Assembly (NCBI GenBank): GCA_963835575.1
Contig: CAWIGG010000005.1
Location: 32,001 to 96,000 of the forward strand
Reading direction: 5' to 3'
Origin: an uncultured Spirochaetota bacterium
Lineage (GTDB): Bacteria; Spirochaetota; Brevinematia; Brevinematales; JAOACQ01
Length of the DNA: 64,000 nucleotides
The position numbers were made by a program, and so were the translations under genes. Every line of letters begins with the position of its first letter. The first letter of the stretch is position 1. Below are positions 8,940 through 19,133 of this stretch, in pieces. Under the pieces are notes generated by a model. That model worked only from the letters and a program-made list of their open reading frames with translations. It did not search any database and was not told the origin of the DNA.

Positions 8940-10157
8940 ATGAACATATTAGTTTTTAACTGCGGGAGTTCTTCGGTATCTTACAAGGTTTTTGGAGTTG
9001 AGGATATAAATAAAATTGAAGTTGTCACCGCGGGTAAGGCGCATAGAGTTGGAGTAAAAGGCAGTGAACTTTCCTTTGTAGAGCATAAGTTTAAAGGAAG
9101 AATCCAAAAGGATGTATTACCGATAACGAATTACAGGCAGGCGGCAAAGCTGATACTAAATTTCATCAAAGAAAATAATATTAAAATAGATTGTATAGGC
9201 AATAGATTTGTTCACGGCGGGACCTATTTCCAAAAATCAGCTTTTGTTAATGAAGAGAACCTGAGAAAACTCAAATTATGCATGCCGCTTGCGCCTCTTC
9301 ATAATCCAATTGCCTTGAGTGTGATTTTTGAATCCAGGAAAGTTTTACCTGATATCCGGCAATACGTTGTTTTTGATTCTGCGTTTCATTCGACTATTCC
9401 TGATTATGCATACACTTATGCGCTGCCGAAGAATATAGCGGAAAAATACAATTATCGAAAATATGGTTTTCATGGTCTTTCTTATTTATATGTTATTAAA
9501 ACTGTATCTGATTTTTTGGGAACACCGGCTGAAAAACTGAAAATCGTTGCATGCCATCTCGGAACGGGCGGTTCAAGCGTGGCGGCTGTTAACAATGGCT
9601 GTTCTGTTGACACTTCCATGGGCTTTTCTCCTTTATCCGGGCTGGTGATGAGTACGCGAAGCGGGGATATTGACCCGATGATTATGATATATCTGATGGT
9701 TATTTATGGATACAGGAATGATGCTTTGCTGAATTTGCTCAATAAAAATAGCGGTCTGCTCGGCGTTTCAGGATTTTCAAGCGATATAAGAGACATCATA
9801 GGCAGAATTCCCGGAGAAAAACAGGCGGGACTTGCTTTCAATATGTATATACAGCGTTTAAAAAAATATATAGGAAGTTATATTATAGCCGCGTTAGGAG
9901 GGCTGGATGTTTTAATATTCACGGATGATATAGGCATAAAAAACCCGTTTGTCAGGGAAAAAGTTTGCGAAGGCATGGAATGGTGCGGGATTGCGCTGAA
10001 CAAAGGAAAGAATAAAAACTACGATATGAAAAAACCGGAACTCCTGAATTCAAGTAATTCAAAAGTGCGTATTGCTGCGATACCGACAGATGAGGAAGTA
10101 GTCATTGCCTGGGAAGGTATTAAATTATTTAAGGAAGAAATAAATGCTGCTTTTTGA
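8940..10157 (+). CDS. ackA: Acetate/propionate kinase family protein
   Basis: NCGSSS, RFVHGG, LAPLHNP, FDSAFH, YGFHG, HLG, DTSMGFSPLSG, TRSGDIDP, PTDEE. Confidence 0.9.
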   Translation: MNILVFNCGSSSVSYKVFGVEDINKIEVVTAGKAHRVGVKGSELSFVEHKFKGRIQKDVLPITNYRQAAKLILNFIKENNIKIDCIGNRFVHGGTYFQKSAFVNEENLRKLKLCMPLAPLHNPIALSVIFESRKVLPDIRQYVVFDSAFHSTIPDYAYTYALPKNIAEKYNYRKYGFHGLSYLYVIKTVSDFLGTPAEKLKIVACHLGTGGSSVAAVNNGCSVDTSMGFSPLSGLVMSTRSGDIDPMIMIYLMVIYGYRNDALLNLLNKNSGLLGVSGFSSDIRDIIGRIPGEKQAGLAFNMYIQRLKKYIGSYIIAALGGLDVLIFTDDIGIKNPFVREKVCEGMEWCGIALNKGKNKNYDMKKPELLNSSNSKVRIAAIPTDEEVVIAWEGIKLFKEEINAAF

Positions 10158-11190
10158 CCCGGAATCGCCCTATTTGAAATGGTACAGGATGAACAAAGGA
10201 AAAACCAAAGAGGGTAAATGCGTTTTGGGAGAAAACTGTCTGGACACTGTAAGTGAAAAACTTGGAGATATCCGGAATGTGAATAAAATAGGTTATATTT
10301 TATATCATGGAGGCGAAGAAATTAAATCGCCTGTAAGCCGTTTAACGGAAAAAAATATTTCTGATTTTGAGAAGTGCGTTAAATACAACCCTGAGCTTAA
10401 TGATATAACCTTCAAAACCGCGAAATACTGGATGAAAAGAATACCCAAAGCGAAGCATTTTTTGTTTTGTGATACTGCGTTTTTTTTGAAGCTCCCTCAG
10501 GAAGTCAGCACTTATGCTATTCCATATGAGCTCAGCAGGAAAGGTGTAAGAAGATATGGAGGATACGGCCTACTCCACCAGTGGGTTTATAAAAAAACCG
10601 AACGGCTGAATAAAAGCGGTATACACAGCTTGATAAGTATTTGCCTGGGAAATAATACCAACATAGCCGCCATAAGAAACAACAGGCCTCTGGATACAAG
10701 CTTAGGTTTTACCCGCATAGAAGGTATAATGTCATCGGGAGGATGCGGCGATATAGACCCTACTATTATATTCAACCTTAATTCCTCGGGTTTGGAATTT
10801 AATGAAATTAACAAGCTGCTGAGTCAAGAATGCGGGTTTTCAGCATTTCTGGGTAAGAATGCCGATTTTTTTGATGTTATTAAAAAGAGGGCCAAAGGAC
10901 CGGCGGCAGATGTAAAAGAAGTTTTCAGCTATAGTATAATAAAATACATTGGGGCTTTTATTGCCGAACTCGGGGGTGTGGATTCTATAGTTTTTTCCAG
11001 CGAAAATCTGCGGGCTGCCGGAAGCTTTATTCTGGAAATAATAGACAAACTTCAGTTTTTAGGGGTAAAATGTAAATTGAAAGAAGGAGGACAGAATGAT
11101 TTTTTTAAAATATCAGGACCAGATTCGAAAATAAAAATCTATTGTTTTAATTACAAAAAGTGGAATATTTTGAATCAAAATTATTTTTAA
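10144..11190 (+). CDS. Degenerate acetate kinase-like paralogue (probable pseudokinase)
   Basis: Retains HGG, DTAF, YAIP, RRYG, DTSLGFT and GDIDP. Lacks NxGSSS, the R of HRxVHGG, the H of GFHG and the C-terminal EE. Confidence 0.8.
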   Translation: MLLFDPESPYLKWYRMNKGKTKEGKCVLGENCLDTVSEKLGDIRNVNKIGYILYHGGEEIKSPVSRLTEKNISDFEKCVKYNPELNDITFKTAKYWMKRIPKAKHFLFCDTAFFLKLPQEVSTYAIPYELSRKGVRRYGGYGLLHQWVYKKTERLNKSGIHSLISICLGNNTNIAAIRNNRPLDTSLGFTRIEGIMSSGGCGDIDPTIIFNLNSSGLEFNEINKLLSQECGFSAFLGKNADFFDVIKKRAKGPAADVKEVFSYSIIKYIGAFIAELGGVDSIVFSSENLRAAGSFILEIIDKLQFLGVKCKLKEGGQNDFFKISGPDSKIKIYCFNYKKWNILNQNYF

Positions 11191-11204
11191 AAGGAGAAAA
11201 TAAA

Positions 11205-11996
11205 ATGACAAAAGAAAAAGCGTTTTTAGAAGACGTCGGAATTAAAGACCTTCCATTTCCGATAAAGGTAATCTCGAAATATAACGAGGATGGACAGCCT
11301 ACGATTGCGAATATTTCCATTAATGCGCGTATCATGCAGGGGTTTGAAGCAGAATGGATAGATAAGTTTATTATGATCCTGCATTCTCACAGGGAAAAAA
11401 TAGGGACTAAAACATTAGCCGCGAATATTCCGGATTATCTTAAAGAATTGAACGCGTCAATGGTTGTTATTGATTTCAATTATCCATTTTTTATTGAAAA
11501 AATAACTCCTGTATCAAAAGAAAAATGTCTTGTCAGATATATGTGTACTTATAGTGCAAAAGCAGTTGCTACCAGGGAAAAACCCACAATAATTTTCAAA
11601 ATATCGGTGCCGGCCCTTACTACATATCCGATTTCAAATGAAGAACAGAAGGGAGGTTTGTTTGCCCAATTAAGTATTGTAAATATTGAGATTGAGCCTA
11701 AAGACCAGATCTTTCCGGAGGATATTGTAAATATGATAGATAAGCATGCATTAGCCCCGGTTTATTCGTTTCTGACAAAAGAAGACCAAAGTTTCATTAT
11801 TAATAAGTTGCATACGGAGAAAAAAACGAGTGTAATTTTAACCGATGAAATAAAGGATGAGCTTGCGCACAATAGAGAAATTGAATGGTATAAGGTCAAC
11901 TGCGCTAACTTAGGAATGCTGCATTCGTACATTACTTTAATCAGCACTGAAAAAAGCATGTGGATCCCGTTCAGCGGCGTTGAAGACGATTTTTAG
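11205..11996 (+). CDS. GTP cyclohydrolase IB (FolE2)-like T-fold protein, active site degenerate
   Basis: LEDVGIKDLPFPI, QPTIA, FNYPFFIEKITPVS and APVYSFL follow the FolE2 layout, but CPCS, HNQRS and ESIH are not conserved. GGAG RBS precedes 11205. Confidence 0.75.
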   Translation: MTKEKAFLEDVGIKDLPFPIKVISKYNEDGQPTIANISINARIMQGFEAEWIDKFIMILHSHREKIGTKTLAANIPDYLKELNASMVVIDFNYPFFIEKITPVSKEKCLVRYMCTYSAKAVATREKPTIIFKISVPALTTYPISNEEQKGGLFAQLSIVNIEIEPKDQIFPEDIVNMIDKHALAPVYSFLTKEDQSFIINKLHTEKKTSVILTDEIKDELAHNREIEWYKVNCANLGMLHSYITLISTEKSMWIPFSGVEDDF

Positions 11997-12164
11997 ATTC
12001 ATCTATTTTTGCAGACTGCCCGGCATTTGTCATCCGGTCTTCAGCGGGCTTATGTCAGGGATCCGATTATTATAATTGCCTCTGCCATCCGTCTTCGGTA
12101 AAAACGCCGCAAATACCCAACGTTGTTCGAAAAATACCGCCCGGCTTTTTGGTAAAGCAGCTGG

Positions 12165-12401
12165 ATGGTAAAAAAATATGAGATTACCGATGGTCCTTAC
12201 TTTAAAATCAGAAATCCGATGTATACTGGAATTATTATCGGCACAATTGGTATGGCTTTAATATTTCGTTCAATAATTGGATCAGTATTAAACATCCCGA
12301 TAATTCTTTTGTTTATATGGCGTATAAGTGAAGAAGAAAAAATTCTAAGAAATGAATTTAAAGAAAAATGGGATGAATATTTTAATTATACCAAGCGATA
12401 A
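12165..12401 (+). pseudogene. 5'-truncated isoprenylcysteine carboxyl methyltransferase/PEMT-family gene
   Basis: ITDGPYFKIRNPMYTG...RISEEEKILRNEFKEKWDEY is only the C-terminal half of the family. Confidence 0.7.
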
Positions 12402-12596
12402 AAATATATAATTGAAAAAAAGGATATTGCAAAAATTCTCACCAATAATAAGGCTTAATATGCGGCCAAAACGGCATCTAACCCGGTGTGAGCGTTGCGC
12501 TTGCTTCAGCAGCGATGCGCTGGAGGCAGCTTCCATCCGCTCAAGCTCGCCTGTGCCGGATGCAGGATAACAGGCGCAAAGTCCGAGGGTAATAAA

Positions 12597-13388
12597 ATGT
12601 TGAATGAAAATCAATACGCGACTTCCGAAAAATTTGACGCGCGGATTTACCTGAACGCGAAATTCAAGACAAACCCGGGATCATGGTTCAAATGGATTTT
12701 CGGGTATTTTCCGAAATACGAAAATTTAAGCGTATTAGAACTGGGCTGCGGAACGGGTTTATTCTGGCTGGTCAACAGGAATGAAATCCCAAAAAGCTGG
12801 GAAATAACGCTTACCGATTATTCAGAAGGAATGCTCGAAGGGACACGGAAAAGCCTTTCCAGGCTGAGCCGCGGTTTCAAGTACGAAGTTGTTAACGCCG
12901 AAGACATCCGTTATCCGGATAAGCATTTTGATATTATCATCGCGAATAATATGCTCTACCATGTTGAAAATAGACCGGCCGCGCTTTCGCATATTTACAG
13001 GACGCTTAAGGACAGCGGGACGTTTTTCGCTTCCACAATGGGAAAAAAAGACATGCTCGAGCTGAATCTTCTCTTTTATAAATTTCTTGATAGCCGGAAC
13101 AGGGCCTTCAGGTTCAGGGAACACCAGTTTTCACTGGAAAACGGAATGGACCAGCTGAAAGCCTTTTTCCCGGATGTGGCAATTTACCGTTATGAAGATA
13201 CGCTGAAAATCAATGAAGCGGAGCCGGTCATTAACTATTATCTGTCATTCAATGATATGCATGAAAATTTAACCGTTCTGCATAAAGAGGATATCGATAA
13301 ATTCAGGGAATATCTTCAGGATATATTAAACACTCAGAGAATTATTTCTGTAACAAAAGATACGGGCATTTTTATCTGTTCAAAATAG
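12597..13388 (+). CDS. Class I SAM-dependent methyltransferase
   Basis: VLELGCGTG, LTDYSEGML, FDIIIANNMLYHV. GAGG RBS precedes the ATG at 12597. Confidence 0.92.
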   Translation: MLNENQYATSEKFDARIYLNAKFKTNPGSWFKWIFGYFPKYENLSVLELGCGTGLFWLVNRNEIPKSWEITLTDYSEGMLEGTRKSLSRLSRGFKYEVVNAEDIRYPDKHFDIIIANNMLYHVENRPAALSHIYRTLKDSGTFFASTMGKKDMLELNLLFYKFLDSRNRAFRFREHQFSLENGMDQLKAFFPDVAIYRYEDTLKINEAEPVINYYLSFNDMHENLTVLHKEDIDKFREYLQDILNTQRIISVTKDTGIFICSK

Positions 13389-13434
13389 ATCATGAAACAT
13401 TCCGGCCTCAGCGGCAAATTCCAGAGGAATTAAA

Positions 13435-14112
13435 ATGAAAAAAATCCTTTTCCTTTCAATATTCATATTTTATCCTTTTTTGCTCTTTTCTTCCGGTCTC
13501 GTTCCGCCGTCCCGTTATTTTGATTTATCTAATTGGATGCTCCAGATCCCCGGTCCGGCTGAAATCAAGAATCTTAATGAATATGCGTCGCTCTATTTCT
13601 TTACGGCCCCCGATCATTCCATTTGTTTTAACCTCGACGCGCAAGATAAAGGCCATACGAAGAACTCGGAATATGTCCGTTCCGAATTACGGCATTTACT
13701 CAACTGGAGCATTGAAGAAAACCATGAGATTTCAGCAACGGTCAAAGTGGCCTGTGATCTGGAAAAATACCAGGTTACGGTAGTTCAAATTCATGGAATT
13801 ACCGGTTCAAATGAAAACGCCCCCCCATTATTGAGAATCGCGGCAGTCAACGGCAATCTGTATGCGTTTCTAAAGACTTATCCCGACGGCAAACATACAG
13901 AAAAAAAACTGCTTAAAACAAAAATCTCCGATTATTTTTCAATTGATATAAAAAATGAAAAAGGCCGATTAACGATATACACCGACGGTCAAACATGTTT
14001 ATATAAAGACTTAAATTTCTGGAAATATAAAAATTACTTCAAGCTCGGGTGCTATCCGCAGGAACACAAAGGCCGTTTCAATGTGTATGTAAAATATTTT
14101 GCTGTACACTAA
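13435..14112 (+). CDS. Polysaccharide lyase family 7 (alginate lyase-like), secreted
   Basis: RSELR, QIH and YFKLGCYPQ motifs; signal peptide. Confidence 0.9.
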   Translation: MKKILFLSIFIFYPFLLFSSGLVPPSRYFDLSNWMLQIPGPAEIKNLNEYASLYFFTAPDHSICFNLDAQDKGHTKNSEYVRSELRHLLNWSIEENHEISATVKVACDLEKYQVTVVQIHGITGSNENAPPLLRIAAVNGNLYAFLKTYPDGKHTEKKLLKTKISDYFSIDIKNEKGRLTIYTDGQTCLYKDLNFWKYKNYFKLGCYPQEHKGRFNVYVKYFAVH

Positions 14113-14119
14113 ATGCGGT

Positions 14120-14290
14120 ACATCTTTCAGGTCAAAAGGATGAAAAATGGGACGATTCTGTGCTGGTGAGTTATCCTTCATTCAGGGCTTTTATGCCGAT
14201 GGGTCCCGTACCGGAAGCATACGAGGGCCCGGCACACCGTAAAACCACTCTTTAAGACGCGCGGACAATAATTATACGGACGCCGAACTG
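14120..14290 (+). pseudogene. Fragment of a DUF1330-like gene
   Basis: EKWDDSVLVSYPSFRAFM...AHRKTTL resembles the DUF1330 C-terminus (WD.v.lVeYPS..AF). No start codon, premature stop. Confidence 0.5.
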
Positions 14291-14428
14291 AAAATTGCTA
14301 AAAGGCGGGTTTATTAACTGAAATTTTGAATTAGACATAGGAGAGTATGGGATAAAATACCTATTGTTCTCTAAAAAATTTGCCGTTAAAATATTTCCTG
14401 TCTGATTGAATATTCAAGGAGGAAATAA

Positions 14429-14821
14429 ATGGAGCTGAAAAAAGTATTATCCATATTATTCATAGCCGCCATAGTTCTCTTAGTGCTGGGATTACTCACG
14501 CTGGTCCCCAGCCCCGGAGCGTCCAAACCGAGCCTGCTGGGATATAAAGCCAAATGCTCCTTCACCCCGGTTTCGACTCTGATCCTTTTCTGGATGGCCC
14601 TGGTCCTCTATACCATACGCGCCCGGCTTATGAATGAAAGCGGAATTCTCGGTTCCTTCGCTCTTCTTATCGTATTATCGATTGTGTTTCTTGCCGGCAT
14701 TATTTTTTATTCCTTCAGATATGCGGCAGTCAATGCCAAAACCGTTAAGATCGGTAGTAACAGAGTTGTTGCTTTGAATACGGGAAAAAGCATGGGAAAA
14801 TCCATGGGGCCAAAAAAATAG
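14429..14821 (+). CDS. Hypothetical membrane protein
   Basis: AGGAGG RBS; three hydrophobic segments; SKPSLLGYKAKCSFTP. Confidence 0.75.
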   Translation: MELKKVLSILFIAAIVLLVLGLLTLVPSPGASKPSLLGYKAKCSFTPVSTLILFWMALVLYTIRARLMNESGILGSFALLIVLSIVFLAGIIFYSFRYAAVNAKTVKIGSNRVVALNTGKSMGKSMGPKK

Positions 14822-14871
14822 TAAGCCGGGACCTGATCAATTCCGGTTTTATAAAACAGGAGAGTTTATTT

Positions 14872-15702
14872 ATGAAAATAATAATACTCATTTCAGGCAT
14901 TATTCTGGTTTTAATTATCGCCGCGGCCGGTTTTTTTGTCTGGGGCTTTATTCAAAAATTCCTGGCCATGGAAATCATACGGGTTGATCCTCAATTGACT
15001 TTATACATCGGCGGAGGGGGAAACTCATTCGTACTGACATCGGAGGACGGCTCTCAAGCTCTGGTTGTCGACACAAAAATGGGAGAAGGCTCAAAAAAGC
15101 TCCGGGAAACCGTCAAGGCCGGTGATATCACTATTGTCAATACGCACTGTCATCCCGATCATATTGGAGGAAATTCCCTCTATCCGGCGGCGAAAATAAT
15201 CGCGGGTTCCTATACAAAGGAACAGTGGGGTATCAATAAAGACAATAGATATCCCTATATTACAATTAAGCCTGGGGAAGAAAAAGTCATTAAAATAGGC
15301 GGCGAGACTGCGCACATACGGAACATGGGGCAGGCCCATTCCTGGGATGATGTTGTCGTCTATTGCGAAAAGCGCAAACTTCTTGCCGCCGGTGATATAG
15401 TCGTCATCAATATGCACCCTGTGATCGTTCCCCAGGGAGGCGCGAATATTTCCGCATGGACCGCCGCTCTCGATAAATTATATAAGACTTATGATATAAA
15501 AACCCTTCTGCCGGGGCACGGCGGCGTTTCGGACAGGACCGCGCTCCTGACCATGAAAGATTACTTCGATTCAATCGGCGCCGCCGCCGGTAATCCGGCC
15601 CAATTGCAGGAGCTGAGAAGGAAATGCAAGGATTATTTATCATTCCCGTTTTTCGCGAACTTTGACAGGACTGTCGAAATAATAAAAAGCGAAAAAAAAT
15701 AA
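14872..15702 (+). CDS. MBL-fold metallo-hydrolase, membrane-anchored
   Basis: THCHPDHIGGN, AHS, GD, PGHG. Confidence 0.9.
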   Translation: MKIIILISGIILVLIIAAAGFFVWGFIQKFLAMEIIRVDPQLTLYIGGGGNSFVLTSEDGSQALVVDTKMGEGSKKLRETVKAGDITIVNTHCHPDHIGGNSLYPAAKIIAGSYTKEQWGINKDNRYPYITIKPGEEKVIKIGGETAHIRNMGQAHSWDDVVVYCEKRKLLAAGDIVVINMHPVIVPQGGANISAWTAALDKLYKTYDIKTLLPGHGGVSDRTALLTMKDYFDSIGAAAGNPAQLQELRRKCKDYLSFPFFANFDRTVEIIKSEKK

Positions 15703-15724
15703 AATTTATAAAAAGGAGCGGAAT

Positions 15725-16048
15725 ATGAATAAGTTTTTATTCGGCATTATTATTGGAATCTTTGCGGGCATCATAGATGTTATCCCCATGATCATGCAGA
15801 AATTATCCCTGGAAGCGGATTTATCGGCATTTTCCATGTGGGTGGTCATCGGGTTTTTTATCGCGGCAAGCTCATTGAAAATCAACGGCATCATCAAAGG
15901 CATACTGATCTCTTTTCTTGTTTTAATGCCGGCCGCGGTCATCATAGGCTGGAAGGAGCCGCAGAACCTTGTCCCGATCGGCATTATGACTCTGATACTC
16001 GGAAGTCTTTCCGGCTTTGTTATCACAAAGTATAAAAATAATCAATGA
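15725..16048 (+). CDS. Hypothetical four-TM membrane protein
   Basis: AGGAG RBS; hydrophobic; GIIDVIPM. Confidence 0.8.
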   Translation: MNKFLFGIIIGIFAGIIDVIPMIMQKLSLEADLSAFSMWVVIGFFIAASSLKINGIIKGILISFLVLMPAAVIIGWKEPQNLVPIGIMTLILGSLSGFVITKYKNNQ

Positions 16049-16120
16049 TCTTTTTTTTCCGCCGGATTTACATCAATAAATTTATCAAATAACTGCATAG
16101 AAATTTCAATCTTATGAGTT

Positions 16121-16575
16121 GAAACCACAGACGCCGTGGTGTGGTTCTGCAGTAGACTGTGTGAAAAGTCGGTGTTTTGCATCGTAATTCTATATTTTTC
16201 GTTCCGTAACTTCAATAAATACGTGGCGAAAAATAGTTTTCACACAGTCTGCAGGCTCACCAACCAAGCTTGTCGAACCATTACACTGATTACACAGAAT
16301 AAAATTTTGAAGTATAGATTTGGAAAGCCTGGTTAGTGACACTCCCCGTCTTACCAGGGATCCAAGCGGATTAAACCTCAATACAAGTCTATGAAATCAT
16401 TTTAAAATTATAAATATTGAAAAAGAAATGAAAAACGATCCGGGAACTAAGAAAATTATTGGTGCGGTAAATAGTTTCAATTTAGTATTTTTAATAAAAA
16501 AATATAATAAAACCATGAAACTGTTGGTGAGCGAAATTGTATCCTTCAGTGAAATCTGTGTAATCTGTGGTCCCC
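16121..16575. repeat. Second decayed GxxExxY-type repeat element
   Basis: Left arms AACCACAGA.. and TTACACTGATTACACAGA; right arm CAGTGAAATCTGTGTAATCTGTGGT. Internal MKNDPGTKKIIGAV (about 16428) resembles GxxExxY N-termini. Confidence 0.55.
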
Positions 16576-16992
16576 TTCCGTTGTACCTTTTCCATTAAAT
16601 AATCAGCATAGTTTTGTTCTTAATAATAATATGCTTTATACTATATTATAGAAGGCCCGATCAGCAAATTTGAGATGGAACGCATACCAATCCCATTCCC
16701 CGCTATAAAACCATTCTTATCCTCTACCTGAAAGAACTGCAGAAACAGGCAAAAAAGCTCGATGAGGAAAATTGTTCTATTTTAACAAATCCTGCCTTTT
16801 GTCTGAAATTAGAAATGGAAAAAGATAAGATCATCCTGGATTACCTCTAATAAATATAACTCTACCTTGACATGTCAACTGAACATGGTTATATTGTATT
16901 AAGGAAATCAATTATATGATGAGATGTTATTCTGAGGGCAAAAATAGCATCTATTATTGTTTTATAAAACATAATTTAATAAGGAGTCTTAT

Positions 16993-17415
16993 ATGCTGAA
17001 AAAGGTTTTATATCTTTTTATGTTATCATTCTCGGTGATATTCCTGTCGCGCTGCATGTTTGAATCAGACATTTCAGTCAGAAGATCGTACACAGTTGTT
17101 TATGTTGAGGACCCGGTGCTGTTCATCATACCCGGCACATATGTTTATTATATCAACAGCAAAGACAGTGATAACTTTTTCTACGACGGGTTCTGTTGGA
17201 AGTCATGGAACGGCATATGGTACAGGGCTGAAGTCTATTCGGGACCATGGACAGAGGTGGATATTGCGTCAGTGCCTTATGATATTATCAATCTGCCGCC
17301 CAGCTGGAGAGATATACCGGACGATACGCCCCGGATCGGATGGGGCGAAGTTAAAGTAAACTGGCAGACCTGGCACAGGGATAGATACTGGGAAACCCGG
17401 CATTGGAGAAGGTAA
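16993..17415 (+). CDS. Hypothetical exported/lipoprotein, Trp-rich C-terminus
   Basis: AAGGAG RBS, signal peptide ending in Cys, IPGTYVYY, YSGPW. Confidence 0.75.
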   Translation: MLKKVLYLFMLSFSVIFLSRCMFESDISVRRSYTVVYVEDPVLFIIPGTYVYYINSKDSDNFFYDGFCWKSWNGIWYRAEVYSGPWTEVDIASVPYDIINLPPSWRDIPDDTPRIGWGEVKVNWQTWHRDRYWETRHWRR

Positions 17416-17454
17416 GGAATTAATTGTTTTGTTCACTTTCTTTTGTTTTAATGC

Positions 17455-19133
17455 TGTTGCCTGTCGGTTTTTATAACATGCTTCATGGACATACGGCAGG
17501 GTTCCCGTTAAAATAAAACGGGAGAAAAAGATGGCAAGATTTGAAAAGAACAGCCTGGAGCAGGGTGAGTTCCTCGCGATCAATATAGGCGAGCAGTTTG
17601 ATGAGAATTCCAGAGAATTTATACTAAAAGAATTCATCAAAAACCGTATTAAACTGGAGGATTTCGCGGCTTACTATAAGAACGACCATAGAGGCAGAGA
17701 GATTAAAAATCCTCGGGATGTGATCTGTGCGGTACTCTACGGTTACATTACGGGAAATCGTATCAGCCGAAAGATAGAAGATTTGCTGAAAAAACACATT
17801 GGGTTTATGTATGTTTCAAACCGGCTGAAAATTGACCATTCGGTAATTTGCGAGTTCAAGGTACTTTTTCAGGAAAAGATCGAGGAGTTGTTCAGCCAGC
17901 TTTTATATATACTCAACGAAATGGGGTCTATAGATTGGGACATGGTAGTGGGTGACGGCACAAAGATCAAGGCCTACGCGAGTAAGAATAAGAATGTGGG
18001 AAAGAAACATACCCGGAAGCTGATGGACACTTACCAGAAGATGGCGGAAAAGATTGTGAAACAAGACCTGGAACTGGAAGAATCTTACCGGGAAGGCAAG
18101 CTGGAGCAGCCTTATTACGAAGCGGAGAAGAAGCGGGTATCAAGGCGGAAAAAGATTTACGATAGTGTTTTGAACCAAATCGATGAATACAAAAAACAGG
18201 TAGAGAGAGGGGAAAAGACAGACGAAGAATTCACCAACCTGACTGATCCCGAAAGCAAGCTGATGTCTGGAAATCCGCATAGTGTGTTTATACAGGGATA
18301 TAATTCGGCGATGATGGTCAGTAATAATGATGTGATTATAGATTTTGAAGCAATCACAACACCGGAAAAACAGCATACGGAAGAAATGGTAAAGAGGGTG
18401 GAACAGAAAAAAGCGGAATTAAAAGTTGATAAGGCTAGCAAATACCTTTTTGATTCGGGTTTTCAGGACATGGAAGAGACAATCCGGATGGTGGAGGAAG
18501 GAAAAGACCTTTATGTGGATACGAAAGAGCGGGATTTCAGTGATAAATCACAGAAGCGAAGAGACTTTAAACTGGAAAAGATTGATGACGAATATATCCT
18601 GGGATGCCGGGGCGGCCGTAAGGAAAATGGGTATTTAGATCGAAATAACCAAAGATATACATTTTTGTATTCACGGAAGGGCTGTGAAAGATGTCCATTT
18701 TTCAGTGAGTGTTATAAAAACATCAAACCGAAAACACAGCAAAAGACAGTAATTTTCAGTGAGTTTGAATTGAATAATCGGTCTAAGATTGATGCTTATT
18801 TAACAAAACTTTACAGCGAAGAAGGGCAAAAGATATACAACCGCAGGATAGGTAAAGAACACGTATTTTCAAACATCAAAACACAGAAGGGTTATGTTCA
18901 GACAGTTTACAGAGGTCAACGGAAAGTGAATTTGGAGCTATGCTGGGTATCCCTTGCGCATAATTTTATGAAATATGCCCAATATTTGAGAAAATAGAGA
19001 GGATTTTGTATAGTCTGAGTATCGATTATTCGAAATTTATTATTAAAATCAGCTAAGCTGACAAAATTTTTATTTGCCCGCTTATTGTAAGGGGCTGGTT
19101 TGACTCCGAAAATGAAATAACCGACAGGCAACA
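17455..19133 (+). mobile_element. IS1182-family insertion sequence
   Basis: 15-bp perfect TIRs TGTTGCCTGTCGGTT / AACCGACAGGCAACA. Target duplication not clearly resolved. Confidence 0.9.
17531..18997 (+). CDS. IS1182-family DDE transposase
   Basis: LYGY..SRKIE, DGTKIKA, TDPESKLM, GYN, DSGF, EHVFSNIK..RG..HN. Confidence 0.92.
   Translation: MARFEKNSLEQGEFLAINIGEQFDENSREFILKEFIKNRIKLEDFAAYYKNDHRGREIKNPRDVICAVLYGYITGNRISRKIEDLLKKHIGFMYVSNRLKIDHSVICEFKVLFQEKIEELFSQLLYILNEMGSIDWDMVVGDGTKIKAYASKNKNVGKKHTRKLMDTYQKMAEKIVKQDLELEESYREGKLEQPYYEAEKKRVSRRKKIYDSVLNQIDEYKKQVERGEKTDEEFTNLTDPESKLMSGNPHSVFIQGYNSAMMVSNNDVIIDFEAITTPEKQHTEEMVKRVEQKKAELKVDKASKYLFDSGFQDMEETIRMVEEGKDLYVDTKERDFSDKSQKRRDFKLEKIDDEYILGCRGGRKENGYLDRNNQRYTFLYSRKGCERCPFFSECYKNIKPKTQQKTVIFSEFELNNRSKIDAYLTKLYSEEGQKIYNRRIGKEHVFSNIKTQKGYVQTVYRGQRKVNLELCWVSLAHNFMKYAQYLRK

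Noticed and set aside
16670..16850. Coding-like fragment (..LYLKELQKQAKKLDEENC..KDKIILDYL*)
   Set aside because: No in-frame start and no family recognised; possibly a gene relic, but unsupported.
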